A DNA stretch of 64,000 bases from Naegleria gruberi (Eukaryota): NCBI GenBank assembly GCA_000004985.1, contig GG738922.1, one strand, 5' to 3'. The notes below the pieces were generated by a model. That model had not been told where the DNA came from. It searched no databases and saw nothing but the letters and a program-made list of their open reading frames with translations. The translations under genes and the position numbers were made by a program. Positions within the stretch are counted from its first letter, which is position 1. Every line of letters begins with the position of its first letter. This document shows positions 1 to 10,286 of this stretch, piece after piece.

Positions 1-423
1 CTACTTCCTTCCATAAATTCATGAATAATTCCGTCCAACAAGTTTGGTGTATGGTTATTCGTCTTGATCAATTGAGTCAAGATTTTGTTCATTACTTGTT
101 TCATTTCGTCACCATTCGAATAATTGATCGATTCAAATTTCAAACAATGAACCTGCAATGAAACTTTTAATTCGTGCATTTTCCTGGATAGTTTTCTCAA
201 CTTCATGATTTGATGGGCGATGGATTTTGTTTCTGGGATTTGAAACCGATTGACTGATCGTTTTAATTGTAAGGTACTTGATGCTTCTTCTCTTTCTAAT
301 TTTAGACATTGTCTTTCAACGAATCGAATAGTACGTTGGATATTTCGTTTGTTTGTTTTGTGCTGAACAATATCAGGATCGGGAGTATTTTGATTGAAAA
401 TGAGTTGAACAAGTGCAGACATT
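1..423 (-). CDS. hypothetical protein, N-terminal fragment (gene runs off window start)
   Basis: Minus-strand ATG at 421-423 with A/T-rich leader. 141 codons stay open to the window edge (MSALVQLIFNQNTPDPDIVQHKTNKRNIQRTIRFVERQCLKLEREEASSTLQLKRS...). Missing from the ORF track because no stop lies inside the window. Confidence 0.4.
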
Positions 424-471
424 TTTTTTGAACTTTTTTGTAATGGTTTTGTAAAAAATATTTAAAAAAAA

Positions 472-1428
472 ATGTCTGAACTGTTGCATCGAACCCTTTC
501 GCACGATGCCCTGATCGACATTCTCATTTTTTGCCACGACGATTTAAAATCAGTGATGAATTTGGCATCAACTTGTACAACACTTTATGCTGCAATTACA
601 GAATGCTCTGAACGGTTGTGGATTTACATTTTGAATAAGAAGTTCATGGGTAGTAGAAGGGAGAAGAAGGGATCCAACAAGAGGAAGAATAGAAAGCCAT
701 TGGTAAAAGAAAAGACACTTTCGATATTGGAAAATAGTACTGGACTTTCGGATAGAAGTAAACAAATAATTTCCATAATAAGAACACAAGTAAGATTTGA
801 AAGGAAACATCAAATTTTGAAAGGATATTATGAGGAAAGAGATTTTGCTAAATACAAATACTTTTCAAATTTGAATATTAAGGATGATTATATTTGGAAA
901 TTGCTTAAAAGGGAAATGGTAGAATCTAAGGCAATTTACTCACCAGAAAATATAATTAAGGAGAAATTTGGAAATTCACCAATTCAACTGATTTATTTAT
1001 ACTTTAACGGTAGCATGTACACTGTGAAAGAATTCATAGATGCCATATTTAGGAAAGAAAATGCTCATCTTGAATTAAATATTCATAACAGAACCATTTC
1101 TTCATATCTTTACGATTATTGGAAAGAAAACCGCAAGTCAAAACTGGATTTCAACCAGGAGCTATCCAACTTTATACGTTACACACGTATTTGTCAAGAC
1201 ACCAACGATTCTTTATTATTTATCAAATTAATCTATTTAGAATTTCCAAATGTAATGAATGGTTCAAATCAAGAAACAGCATACGAACAAGAGAAACACA
1301 CTAAAGGAAGTTTCAAAAACACATTACTCTACTTTAAAAATTATCTTGCCAATGTGCAAGAGGCAGTGAATATTTTCGCAAAGGAGCTCTATGGAAACAA
1401 TATTGATTTAAAAGTTTACAATCGATAA
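472..1428 (+). CDS. F-box-like domain protein, hypothetical
   Basis: ATG preceded by an A9 run. N-terminal LSHDALIDILIFCHDDLKSVMNLASTCTTLYAAI matches the F-box pattern (L-x-x-E/D-I-L-x-x-I-f... C-k-x-w). 318-aa uninterrupted ORF. Confidence 0.6.
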   Translation: MSELLHRTLSHDALIDILIFCHDDLKSVMNLASTCTTLYAAITECSERLWIYILNKKFMGSRREKKGSNKRKNRKPLVKEKTLSILENSTGLSDRSKQIISIIRTQVRFERKHQILKGYYEERDFAKYKYFSNLNIKDDYIWKLLKREMVESKAIYSPENIIKEKFGNSPIQLIYLYFNGSMYTVKEFIDAIFRKENAHLELNIHNRTISSYLYDYWKENRKSKLDFNQELSNFIRYTRICQDTNDSLLFIKLIYLEFPNVMNGSNQETAYEQEKHTKGSFKNTLLYFKNYLANVQEAVNIFAKELYGNNIDLKVYNR

Positions 1429-1495
1429 ATTTGTTCTAAATTAATTGGACAGAGTAACAGAGATATTGTTGTTTTATTCCTTTGAATAATACCAA

Positions 1496-2341
1496 TTAAT
1501 CAGCTTCTTCTTTTTCTCCATCCTCACCTCCTTCTTCTTCATCATCATCTCCTCCAAGTCTCAGCTCAATTGAGACACCAACAGCATGATACAAATAGGA
1601 AGCAATAAATCCAATCAAACAAGTGATGAGCATACTTCTCATAATTGTTGGATAATAATATCTAAAGAATGAAATCTTTCCATCCAAATTTCTTTCAAGA
1701 TCATCAATAAAATCCAATGTTACACTATCAATTTCACGCAACTTATCGTGAATATCCATAGCCAAATATTCCTTTGACTCTTTCAAATTTTGTAAATGAT
1801 AACCTTGAGCATCAAGTCTATATCTCAATGAATCAATAATTTCATTTGTTTTGGCATATCTGAATTCATTCTTGAGATGAGAGACCACCATTTCAACATG
1901 GAGAATATCACAACCCAAGTTTTCTAATTTAGCTTCCATGGAATCAACTTGATATTGCAAACGATTAGCCTTTTGATTAAATTGCATCTCCATGCGATCA
2001 AATTCCTTCAATTCAAACTCTAATTCATCAATTTCTTTCTTTAAATACAATTGAGAATGATCATATGAATACATGCTTTTAAGATTGTTCAATCGGGAGG
2101 TTAAGTCTTCTCTATATTGTTGATAAATCCAGAAATATCTGTGGAAGTGTAATCTATTAACATTGTTAGAATCTACAATGGATGATTTTGTTATTAATGA
2201 TACATGGAAATTTGATTGTTGTTGTTGTTGATGACGATTATTTAAAAATCTATTTTTTATGATGATATTATTGTTTGATGATGATCTAGAACTTGCCTTC
2301 ATGAGGGAAGACAAGATTTGCTTGGCGCCAAATCTTTTCAT
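1496..2341 (-). CDS. coiled-coil membrane protein with C-terminal TM helix and acidic tail, hypothetical (possibly organellar)
   Basis: 281-aa ORF from an ATG. Basic S-rich N-terminus, long heptad-like region, a hydrophobic helix (MLITCLIGFIASYLYHAVGV) about 30 aa from the C-terminus, then a D/E-rich tail. No confident family assignment. Confidence 0.5.
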   Translation of the reverse strand: MKRFGAKQILSSLMKASSRSSSNNNIIIKNRFLNNRHQQQQQSNFHVSLITKSSIVDSNNVNRLHFHRYFWIYQQYREDLTSRLNNLKSMYSYDHSQLYLKKEIDELEFELKEFDRMEMQFNQKANRLQYQVDSMEAKLENLGCDILHVEMVVSHLKNEFRYAKTNEIIDSLRYRLDAQGYHLQNLKESKEYLAMDIHDKLREIDSVTLDFIDDLERNLDGKISFFRYYYPTIMRSMLITCLIGFIASYLYHAVGVSIELRLGGDDDEEEGGEDGEKEEAD

Positions 2342-2457
2342 TTTTTGTATTTTTAATAACTTTTGATTTTTAACAACAGTTCATCATTATGAAGAGATTG
2401 ATACATTTCGAATAACAAGTTATCTCGATTAATAATTAAATAGGTTTTTATAATAAT

Positions 2458-4285
2458 TTATTTCTTTTCCTTAGGTTTTAATGAAGACAAAACATCATCA
2501 ATACGGAGAATTAAACAAGAAGATTCAATAGCAGTCTTCATAGTTTGGACCTTAACTTCATATGGTTCCCAAATCTTGAGTTCAGCAGTGTCAGCGATAA
2601 CACCCTTGACACCATCAACACCCAAGTTGAGGTTTTGGTCATTGGCATGCTTGGATCTCAATTCAGTAATAATACGAATAGTATTAGCACCACAGTTTTC
2701 AATCAAAGTTCTTGGTATCACTTCCAAAGCAGTAGCAACAGCTTGATATGGGAGTTGTTCAATACCCTTGATAGACTTTGACTTTTGCATCAAGTGTTGT
2801 GAGACACTCATTTCAACAGCACCACCACCTGGAACAACACGTGGATCAACAAAGATATTCTTAACAACGTGCAAAGCATCTTCCAAATTTCTTTCAATTT
2901 CATTCAAAATATCCTTACTACCACCTCTCAAAAGAATAGTACAGGCCTTTGGATCCTTACATTCTTCAATGAATGAGAAGTATTCATCACCAATCTTTCT
3001 AACTTCGAACAAACCAGCACCATTACCAATGTCGGATTCCTTAATTTCTGAAGTTCTAGAAACAATAGTAGCACCAGTAGCACGAGCAATACGATTGTTA
3101 TCAGTCTTTCTAACACGACGGAGACAACTGATGTTATTCTTGATAAGATAATATTGAGCCAAATCAGAACATCCCTTTTCGGTAACGACAAGGTCTGGCT
3201 TGAATTTGATGATATCGTCACAAACTCTCTTAATCCATTCGTCTTCCATTTTAAGCAAAGTTTCAAAGTCTTCTTCCTTTTCCAAAACAACATTAGTTTC
3301 ACTTTCACCCTTCTTATATTCAAGAGGGCAATCCAAAAGCAAAACTCTTGGATTTTCAATTCTTCTTCTCATCTTTGGATGGAGGATATCCTTGTTAATC
3401 ATGACACCATTCAAAACTCGTGATTCATTCAACAATCCACCTGGAATCTTTTCAATACGAGCATATCTCTTAACATCAATATCCTTCTTTCCATTTTCCA
3501 TATCAGTTGCTACAGTTTTAACAGCTTGAATAGCCAATTTACACATCAAATCACTGTAACGATGAGTGAATTTTGTTCCTATACTTGTATTTACGATTTC
3601 AGCAACTTCTTCATAGTTATTTACGTCGATCTTTCTTGACATCTTTTCTGAAATAAAGTCAACAGCGTCTTCAAGAGCCTTCAAGAAACCCTTGACAATA
3701 CGAGTTGGGTGAATCTTACGTTGCAACAATGGTTCGGCAACTGTAAGAATTTCACCAGCAAGAATAATTACTGAAGTAGTACCATCACCAACTTCTTCAT
3801 CTTGTGTTCTACTCAATTCAATCATACTCTTAGCAGCTGGGTGAGTAACATCACATTCTCTCAATATTGCGTTTCCGTCGCTAGTAAGTTGTACAGTACC
3901 CATTTGATCGAGAATCATTTTCAACATAGCCTTTGGTCCTAATGTAGTTCTTACAATAGAAGCAATAGCCTTGGCAGCTTGAATGTTAGCCAATTGGGCC
4001 TTTGTACCTTGTTCTCTCTTGGAGTTACCCTCTATATAACATTAAAAACATTAAATGTTGAAATGATGATGGAAAGGTTATTCATATTGTTATTATTGTT
4101 GTATTCAATATGTTGTTGTAGTGTAAAATCAGTGATACAAAAATGAACGGAAAATTCATGATGATGAAAATTATCAACATTTCAACAAGTGGTATATTAT
4201 GTATAGTTCGTATACAATCATTCCTACAATTGATAGTTTAATACATACTAAGAACGTAAATTTGTGGTTTGGCTTGGGCAAACAT
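2458..4285 (-). CDS. CCT3: T-complex protein 1 (CCT/TRiC chaperonin) gamma subunit; 2 exons (4249..4285, 2458..4031), intron 4032..4248
   Basis: Exon 2 carries group II chaperonin motifs: NAAKAIA..LGPKAMLKMIL..TSDGNAILRE..HPAAKSMIELSRTQDEEVGDGTTSVIILAGE and GGGAVEM. The ORF-track 'M' at 3993 is a TTG, and the frame stays open upstream to 4031 (..EGNSKREQGTKAQLANI). A 37-nt first exon ATGTTTGCCCAAGCCAAACCACAAATTTACGTTCTTA is followed by a GTATGT donor. Splicing to the tatatag|AG acceptor gives MFAQAKPQIYVLKGNSKREQGTKAQLANIQAAKAIA, matching the conserved CCT-gamma N-terminus (xxPVLVLxxNTKRExGxKxQxxNI). Confidence 0.88.
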
Positions 4286-4511
4286 TGTGTGTTGTATTTT
4301 TTTTAATTTTTATTACAAATCACTTCCGCTACCTTTCCGTCTGTTTGACAAGGGTAATCTTCTTGCTACAAAATTGCCTCAAACAACACCAAAGCCAACA
4401 ATACCTAAGAATAATTTCAAATAAGTTGAACAACACAAGTTAAATTATCATTGAAATGTATGGAGACCTATAAAATTGGTTACGGCCACAACTACAAGGC
4501 TTTCAATATTT

Positions 4512-5393
4512 TTACAAGACAAAATCTGGCAAGTAATTGAACATGTTACCAAAACTATTCTTTGTAAAATTGAGAAAGACAAGTTTACCATGAGGCATTA
4601 CATGATGAAGTTTTGAGAGCATTTCTTCAGGTTTGAAAAGAAACTAATGTTAAATAGTACAGTTTTGGTACAACATTTTGAGAAAATAACTTACTTCTCT
4701 TGGGTCAATTGGTGTATTAACATCTTTCTTACTGAATGCTGTATGATTAATCAAATGATTTATGATATATTCTGCATAAGACATGTTACATCTCATTGTA
4801 CAAACAAGTGAATAACAGAATGAACATTTTGGTGGTATTTTCCACATGATTGTATGTGATTCATTATTAATAGTTCTTTGCAAATATCCAGAATTTGAAC
4901 TGAATTCTTCTCCTAATGGTACAGTGAATGAATTTTGAGATTTCCAATCTTCTTGAACACTGCTAATAATTTGTGAAATTACTTGCTTATTGTGTGCTGA
5001 TGGAATTTCTGTATCAATTTCATCAACTTCCACTTTTTCATAAGATTGAGCAAACCAACATGTTCCCTTGTCAATTGAGTGAATTATAAAATATAAAACA
5101 TCTGTAACTCCACTTTGTAATTTTGAAATATTATCATTCATTAATTTAGCATCATGTTTCATAAATTGTAAATATTGTTGTACGTGAGGAGGTATGTGAG
5201 CCTCTGAATTATTGTTACCTCCTGAGGTATCATTTGACATTCTCCGATTATGTTTTGTATCTACAATATTAAATATATCATCATCACGTGTTTGATATAA
5301 ATCTGTTGGAGTTGTCGCCGAGGAAATACTCTTTGGTGAGAGGGGAGTTGTTGGATTTGATCGTGATGGAAATGGTGTGTGAGGTTGTTGCAT
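4512..5393 (-). CDS. S/T/P-rich hypothetical protein with C-terminal C2H2-like zinc-finger motif; tentative 2 exons (4695..5393, 4512..4643)
   Basis: ATG at 5393. Contains CTMRCNMSYAEYIINHLINH (C-x3-C-x10-H-x3-H). The track ORF tail after ...PIDPRE reads through GTAAGT. A 51-nt GTAAGT..attag intron joins in phase to a 43-codon open frame (FLFKPEEMLSKLHHVMPHGKLVFLNFTKNSFGNMFNYLPDFVL*). The second exon is inferred only from the open frame and splice signals. Confidence 0.45.
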
Positions 5394-5456
5394 TTTTTTG
5401 TAATAAACACTAAAACATTATTAAATATTGAAATATTTGAAAATAAAAAAGCAATT

Positions 5457-6975
5457 TTATTGTTTCGTAGGAGTTTGTTGAGGAGTTTTTGAAGAGTATC
5501 TTTGTAAAAGTTGATGGAAGAAATGTTCTGCATTCTCAACCTGATCTGATGTTGTTGAGCCTGGTGTGGAAGGTTTTAAAATGATATTTTCTGACGAATC
5601 ACTTCTAAAGAATTCTGGAGTGGCAGGTGTTAAGGCAGGAATTCCAGAAGATCTTGGACTCAGGTCATATTTTCCTCTAGGCGTTTGATTTCCTTTGCTT
5701 GTTCCTCGGTTGTAAGCTCTGAATGGAGAAGACATTGATGATGGTGAAAGTAATGGTGTGATATCAATGTCTGTTGGTCTTTGCATCATGTTTCTCACTT
5801 TCTGTTGCTTTTTGAGAAACACTTCAAAATCCTCGAATGGATCTGAAAATTCAATACTTTTTTCAGACGATGACGATAAATCGAAATCGCTAATTAAGGT
5901 GTCAAAATCTACTCCTTCAGGATCGTTCGTAACTGTTGAGCAATCTATTGACTTTACTTTAGCTACAGTGTCACATCCACTTGGAATAACAATACAAGAA
6001 TGCTCTCTTGATTCCATACATTCTGCAAATTCAAAAGGTGTATTGTAACAAATATTCATAATATATTTCTTCAATAGTAAGCAATTAATATTAGACGAGG
6101 AAGATGTATAAAATAGTGAAGCTCCATCTTGATGATTGAGAAGAATATTAATTTTGTGACAATCAAACAATCTACTTACATCTGTAACATAATTTTCTCA
6201 ATTTAAAAAGTATGAAATTAAGGAAGTGGTGTGGAATGATATTGATAATGGATTTTTTGGTACAGAATGAATCAGCAATTTTCTCTGCCATATCTGATTT
6301 TGTAATTGCAAGCACAATTGGTATTCCAAGATTAGTATCAATAACCGTAAATTCATTTGGATTTTCAGATGTGGATTGCTCTCCCTTCTTGAATGTTGAT
6401 TTTACTCTATCATAACATCTTTGCATTCCTTCTTCCTTCAATTCGGGAATGATTTTTTCATCGATATGATCCTGAAGTATCCTTATCCACTTTTTAGTTC
6501 TCGAAATTATATTCTTTGTGTTTGATATATCTACAGTAATAACTACAACAGTCTTTTCAAATGTGGTAGGATTAATTGCAAAATCCAGCAAGTATGAAAA
6601 GTACTGATTTTCCATTTGATAAATATTAAGATATTTGTCTCTATCATTTCTTGTAGAGTCTGAGAAATCATCATGTTTTGTAGAATCAATTGCTTTAAAG
6701 TATGTATACTCAATAGAAAGGGTATCATGATAAACATCTCCAGCAATTTCCTTTCCCTGAAATCTTCTAACAAGACTCCTTTGACCATTCTTTGCATCTC
6801 CCAAAAACACAATACTATAACTATCCTCAATCCCTTCCTGCAGTTTCGGATCTATTTTCTGTTGTTTCAATAAACTACCCCAGACATTATTTCGTTCCTT
6901 TTGATGATTAGTTGGAGTGCTTGGAGTTGTTTTTAAGGAATTATTGAAGGTTGTTGTTTGTTGAATACTCGTCAT
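5457..6975 (-). CDS. cytoplasmic dynein light intermediate chain (DLIC); 2 exons (6180..6975, 5457..6127), intron 6128..6179
   Basis: Track ORFs 6172..6975 and 5457..6170 are one gene. Exon 1 has the DLIC P-loop-like IVFLGDAKNGQRSLVRRFQG and LGIPIVLAITKSDMAEK (compare LGIPVLVVCTKCDA). A 52-nt GTAAGT..caag intron joins ..KLRKLCYR to YGASLFYTSSSSNINCLLLKKYIMN..VIPSGCD, matching DLIC CLQYGAALIYTS..LLYKYIVH..FIPAGWD. The C-terminus is an S/P-rich disordered tail. Confidence 0.8.
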
Positions 6976-7139
6976 TTTTTTGTAGAATGATTGAGCGCCA
7001 AACCTTCATATCTATTAACAATAATTATCAGCTTATTCAAATAATCTTTTCAAATAGATCAAGAATTGGAATCAAAATTCGATATTAATTTTGTTTTTTA
7101 ATTACAAATTTAGTTTTTTATGAGGATAACTCTCGGAAT

Positions 7140-7668
7140 TTATTCTTGAGAAGATGAAACAACCTTGGAGGCCTTCTTATAGTATTTATAAATCTTGCTT
7201 TCCTTTGGTGGTTCAGCAACCATGATAGCACAAGCTGGTCTCTTTGTCAATGTAGCCTAATATTGGTTATTGTTATTATTAATATTATTTTAAAATAAAT
7301 AATTAAAATTTGTGATGACGATGAATGATACTAACCTTGCCTAATTCAACTTTAGATTCAACAAAAACATATTCAACACCTTCGGTACTCTTGATGAGTT
7401 CTGGGAAGTGAGCAATAATATCCATAGGATAACTATCACCAGCCAAAACAACGAATCCCTTGGTTTGTTTTCTGATGGCTCTATTAACGTTCTTAATTCC
7501 TCTATGTAAAACATTCTTTTCCTTTGATTGAACAGCTTTAGAAATTACTTTGAAGATCTTGCTAACATCCTTTTCTGATGAGACCAATGGTGAAGCAAAT
7601 GGCAGCAGAGGAAGTCTAATTTGTTGTTCAGTTGATGTTGTTGTAGTTTCAGTTTCAGAGTCACTCAT
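7140..7668 (-). CDS. NHP2: H/ACA snoRNP protein Nhp2 (L7Ae/L30e family); 2 exons (7336..7668, 7140..7256), intron 7257..7335
   Basis: True ATG is at 7666-7668; the track start at 7695 is TTG. The L7Ae fold region KNVLHRGIKNVNRAIRKQTKGFVVLAGDSYPMDIIAHFPELIKSTEGVEYVFVESKVELGK has the Nhp2-type N-terminal extension. A 79-nt GTTAGT..attag intron leads to ATLTKRPACAIMVAEPPKESK..., matching the Nhp2 C-terminus (AAGATKRPTSVVFIV..). Confidence 0.8.
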
Positions 7669-8156
7669 TTTTTTTGTTGAACGAAAAAAATTCAAAAAAC
7701 AAGAGCAAAAAAGTTTTATGACCTTCAGATAGTCTGTTTAGTAGTACAAGCATTGTTATATTGTGTTATTGTGTGCAGTGATCACTGTGCATGAATATAG
7801 GAAGGATAGGAAGGTGAGCGAAAAGATTAACTAGAGGTGAAAAAATTGCAAGGAACGATAAAGAATTGCGAGCGTGTGAATTGGTTCATCAAATATTTTT
7901 AACATTTTTGAGCTTCAATGAAGTGAAAATTATCAGAAGTGTTTGAGTAAAAGCCAATTTTAGAGTAAGGATGAAACATTTGCTCTCATGGAATGAATTT
8001 ATCTTCACAAAGAATAATATGATGAGATAACAAATCGATTGAATTGATTAAAATTTGTAAAATTTTTGAAAGATATCTCTGCAACAATTAGTTCAATGAA
8101 ACTTGAGTTTATTGAAAAATGATTCAGGATTGGAATTGAAACTCTATTAGAAATAA

Positions 8157-8747
8157 TTATTCCTCTTCTTGATCAAATTCTTCTTCTTCATCGAAGGCTT
8201 CCATGATAACTTCATCAGCAAGATTATCAAAAATTTCACTGGATGAATCACTTGCAGAATAAAAAGATGGACAAAGGCTTTCAAAGTAAAGAATATTCTT
8301 GGACTAAACGCTATTAGAAATTAAACTATTTTGAAAAACAAACCTTGTGGGCAAGACAAATTTGTTGTCTCTTGACACAAACACTTCTGGACAATTGATT
8401 TACATGCTAATGATAACGGCATGTTTAATTTCGAATAATTCATAAAATAAACTTACTCTATTAGAATCAGAAACACATTTTGGAATCTTCTTGAGACAAG
8501 TATATTCAATATGAGCAGCCAAACATTCCTTTGAAACATTTTCAGGTGAGGCAGCAAAAGCAGCAATTTCCTTGCAGACACTTCCTTCTAAATCCTTGAT
8601 GTAATCAACATTGACTTTAAAATCAATATTTGGACAACAAGAGAATGAATGAGCAACACATGCATTAGTAGGGGTATAAATTGCTGTTACTTGAGTAACA
8701 ACAAATAACAAAACAACAAGGCAACCTGCCAAAAACAAATTCTTCAT
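8157..8747 (-). CDS. small secreted cysteine-rich protein with acidic C-terminal tail; 2 exons (8457..8747, 8157..8303)
   Basis: Signal peptide MKNLFLAGCLVVLLFVVTQVTA, then 8 Cys in about 75 aa. A GTAAGT donor follows ..SDSNR. A 153-nt intron to gcgtttag|TCC gives a 48-codon acidic tail (..EVIMEAFDEEEEFDQEEE*). The alternative 3-exon model was rejected. Confidence 0.5.
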
Positions 8748-8960
8748 ATTTTTTTGATGTTTGAAAGCGATACTTCCATTGTGTACAGTTTAAGTAGCTG
8801 ATATAGAATGTTTCATGGTTGGGTTTGTTCATTCGAGTTAGGTCATGATGTGTATGGGTAAATCGGGATTGTTCTTTGATTTTACAATGAAAAATAATAA
8901 TTTTCCTATTTTTCTTCAATTTACAAGAAATTTAAAGATTTTTTTAAATTTAAAGAAAAA

Positions 8961-10109
8961 ATGTCGATAAGTGGGGATGGGAAAAGAATACGGATGGATG
9001 AATTGGCTCCATCATTGAAGAAGATGAAAACAAATGCATCAAAAGCTATAGCTTCTCAATTGTGTCATGATGAAATATTAAATATTTTACAATTTTTAAA
9101 TGTTAAACAAATTGTGAAATGTTTATTAATCAATACGAATTGGAATATTATAGGATCATCAAATATTATATGGAAACCATTATATAATCACTTTTTCATG
9201 AATGAATTTTTCAAGTGGGATCAACAATTGCAAGATATTTCCAAACTCGAAAGTAATACTTTCCTTCCCGAACTTAAATTGCATTCTCACAGGAAGAAAG
9301 AAGATTCAGATATTAAGGATTTGAAAAAAGAAACCAATAATTTATTGGAAAAATTCAAGGATAAGAATGGAAATGTTAATTATTATCAATTATTTCAATT
9401 TGATTGTCATTATCCTCAAATTAATGAATCAAATGTTGATATTGTTGATCAGTTGAGGAATGTTGATTCCATTTCTAATATTGAAACTTTGAAACAATTA
9501 ATCAAGCATATTTGGAAAGATAAAGATAAGTCTGAATGGTACAGAATTATTGGAACATCTGAAATGATTCTTGACAAGTCGAACAAATTGTGGAAAAGAA
9601 AGCCAATTCTCACCTTTATAGCCATTACCTTATTAGTATTATTCAATAAGAAGAGAATTAATTATGTAGACGGAATTATTGTGCTGACCAATGTAAAAAA
9701 CAGTTATACACAAGAGCAAATTTGCGAAATGCCAATTTTGGCTTTTTGTAAAATGATTTCCTCAAACGAGGAAAATATTTCCAAATTATGCTCCAAACAC
9801 AATTATAAGAAAATGACTTTGGGTGCATTTCTAAAAGTTTCTGATAAACAAACAGGTAAGATTTCTTCCAGACATCCACCCAAGCCAGATATAAATCTAA
9901 CAAATCTCAAACTCTGTTTCAGATCAAAGAATGACGAAACATTTATTGCAGTACAATCAGTTTCTGATAACATGAATCCTGATGTGTTAGAGTTTGCTCC
10001 CTCGTTTTTTAATGCTGGAGGAAGTTTACAATGTGTTCAAGAGGTGAAAGCTGTTTTGGTTGAGAATGGAATCAGGTTTGAAATTAAGAATGGAGCTAAA
10101 TATTGTTAA
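8961..10109 (+). CDS. F-box-like domain protein, hypothetical
   Basis: ATG with A-rich leader. LCHDEILNILQFLNVKQIVKCLLINTNWNII is F-box-like. 382-aa continuous ORF. Confidence 0.6.
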   Translation: MSISGDGKRIRMDELAPSLKKMKTNASKAIASQLCHDEILNILQFLNVKQIVKCLLINTNWNIIGSSNIIWKPLYNHFFMNEFFKWDQQLQDISKLESNTFLPELKLHSHRKKEDSDIKDLKKETNNLLEKFKDKNGNVNYYQLFQFDCHYPQINESNVDIVDQLRNVDSISNIETLKQLIKHIWKDKDKSEWYRIIGTSEMILDKSNKLWKRKPILTFIAITLLVLFNKKRINYVDGIIVLTNVKNSYTQEQICEMPILAFCKMISSNEENISKLCSKHNYKKMTLGAFLKVSDKQTGKISSRHPPKPDINLTNLKLCFRSKNDETFIAVQSVSDNMNPDVLEFAPSFFNAGGSLQCVQEVKAVLVENGIRFEIKNGAKYC

Positions 10110-10286
10110 CTTTTCAAAAATTGTTGTAAAGTTTTCAATATAATTAATATCATGTATTGGTGAAATACGAATTGCTTTGAGTTGTTTCAATGCAACACTG
10201 AGTTTGTATCATAAAATTAATAGCCAATGAAAAGACCTGAATAGTGGAATAAAGAGAGATGGCTGTCACTCATCAAATTTTAAAAA

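Noticed and set aside
4033-4085. An ATG (MNNLSIIIS..) 50 nt upstream of the CCT gamma body, joined by an 18-nt GT..AG mini-intron
   Set aside because: The donor is not GTAAGT/GTATGT like all other introns here, and 18 nt is far below the other intron sizes (38-217 nt). The 4249..4285 exon gives a much better conserved N-terminus.
5261-5539. ORF 5261..5539 and other small ORFs (568..813, 1119..1304, 2545..3529 series, 5758..6048, 6212..6873 series, 12239..17101 series)
   Set aside because: They are nested inside, or antisense to, well-supported genes (CCT3, DLIC, Vps8-like, etc.). No independent support.
8294-8446. Three-exon model for the small Cys-rich gene using an internal 43-nt exon (AAGTGTTTGTGTCAAG...)
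   Set aside because: No combination of phases keeps the acidic C-terminal frame open. The two-exon model works cleanly.
9856-9922. Intron-looking segment (GTAAGA...CTAAC...TTTCAG) inside the F-box gene 8961..10109
   Set aside because: It is 67 nt long, so removing it would shift the frame into an early stop. The uninterrupted ORF is kept.
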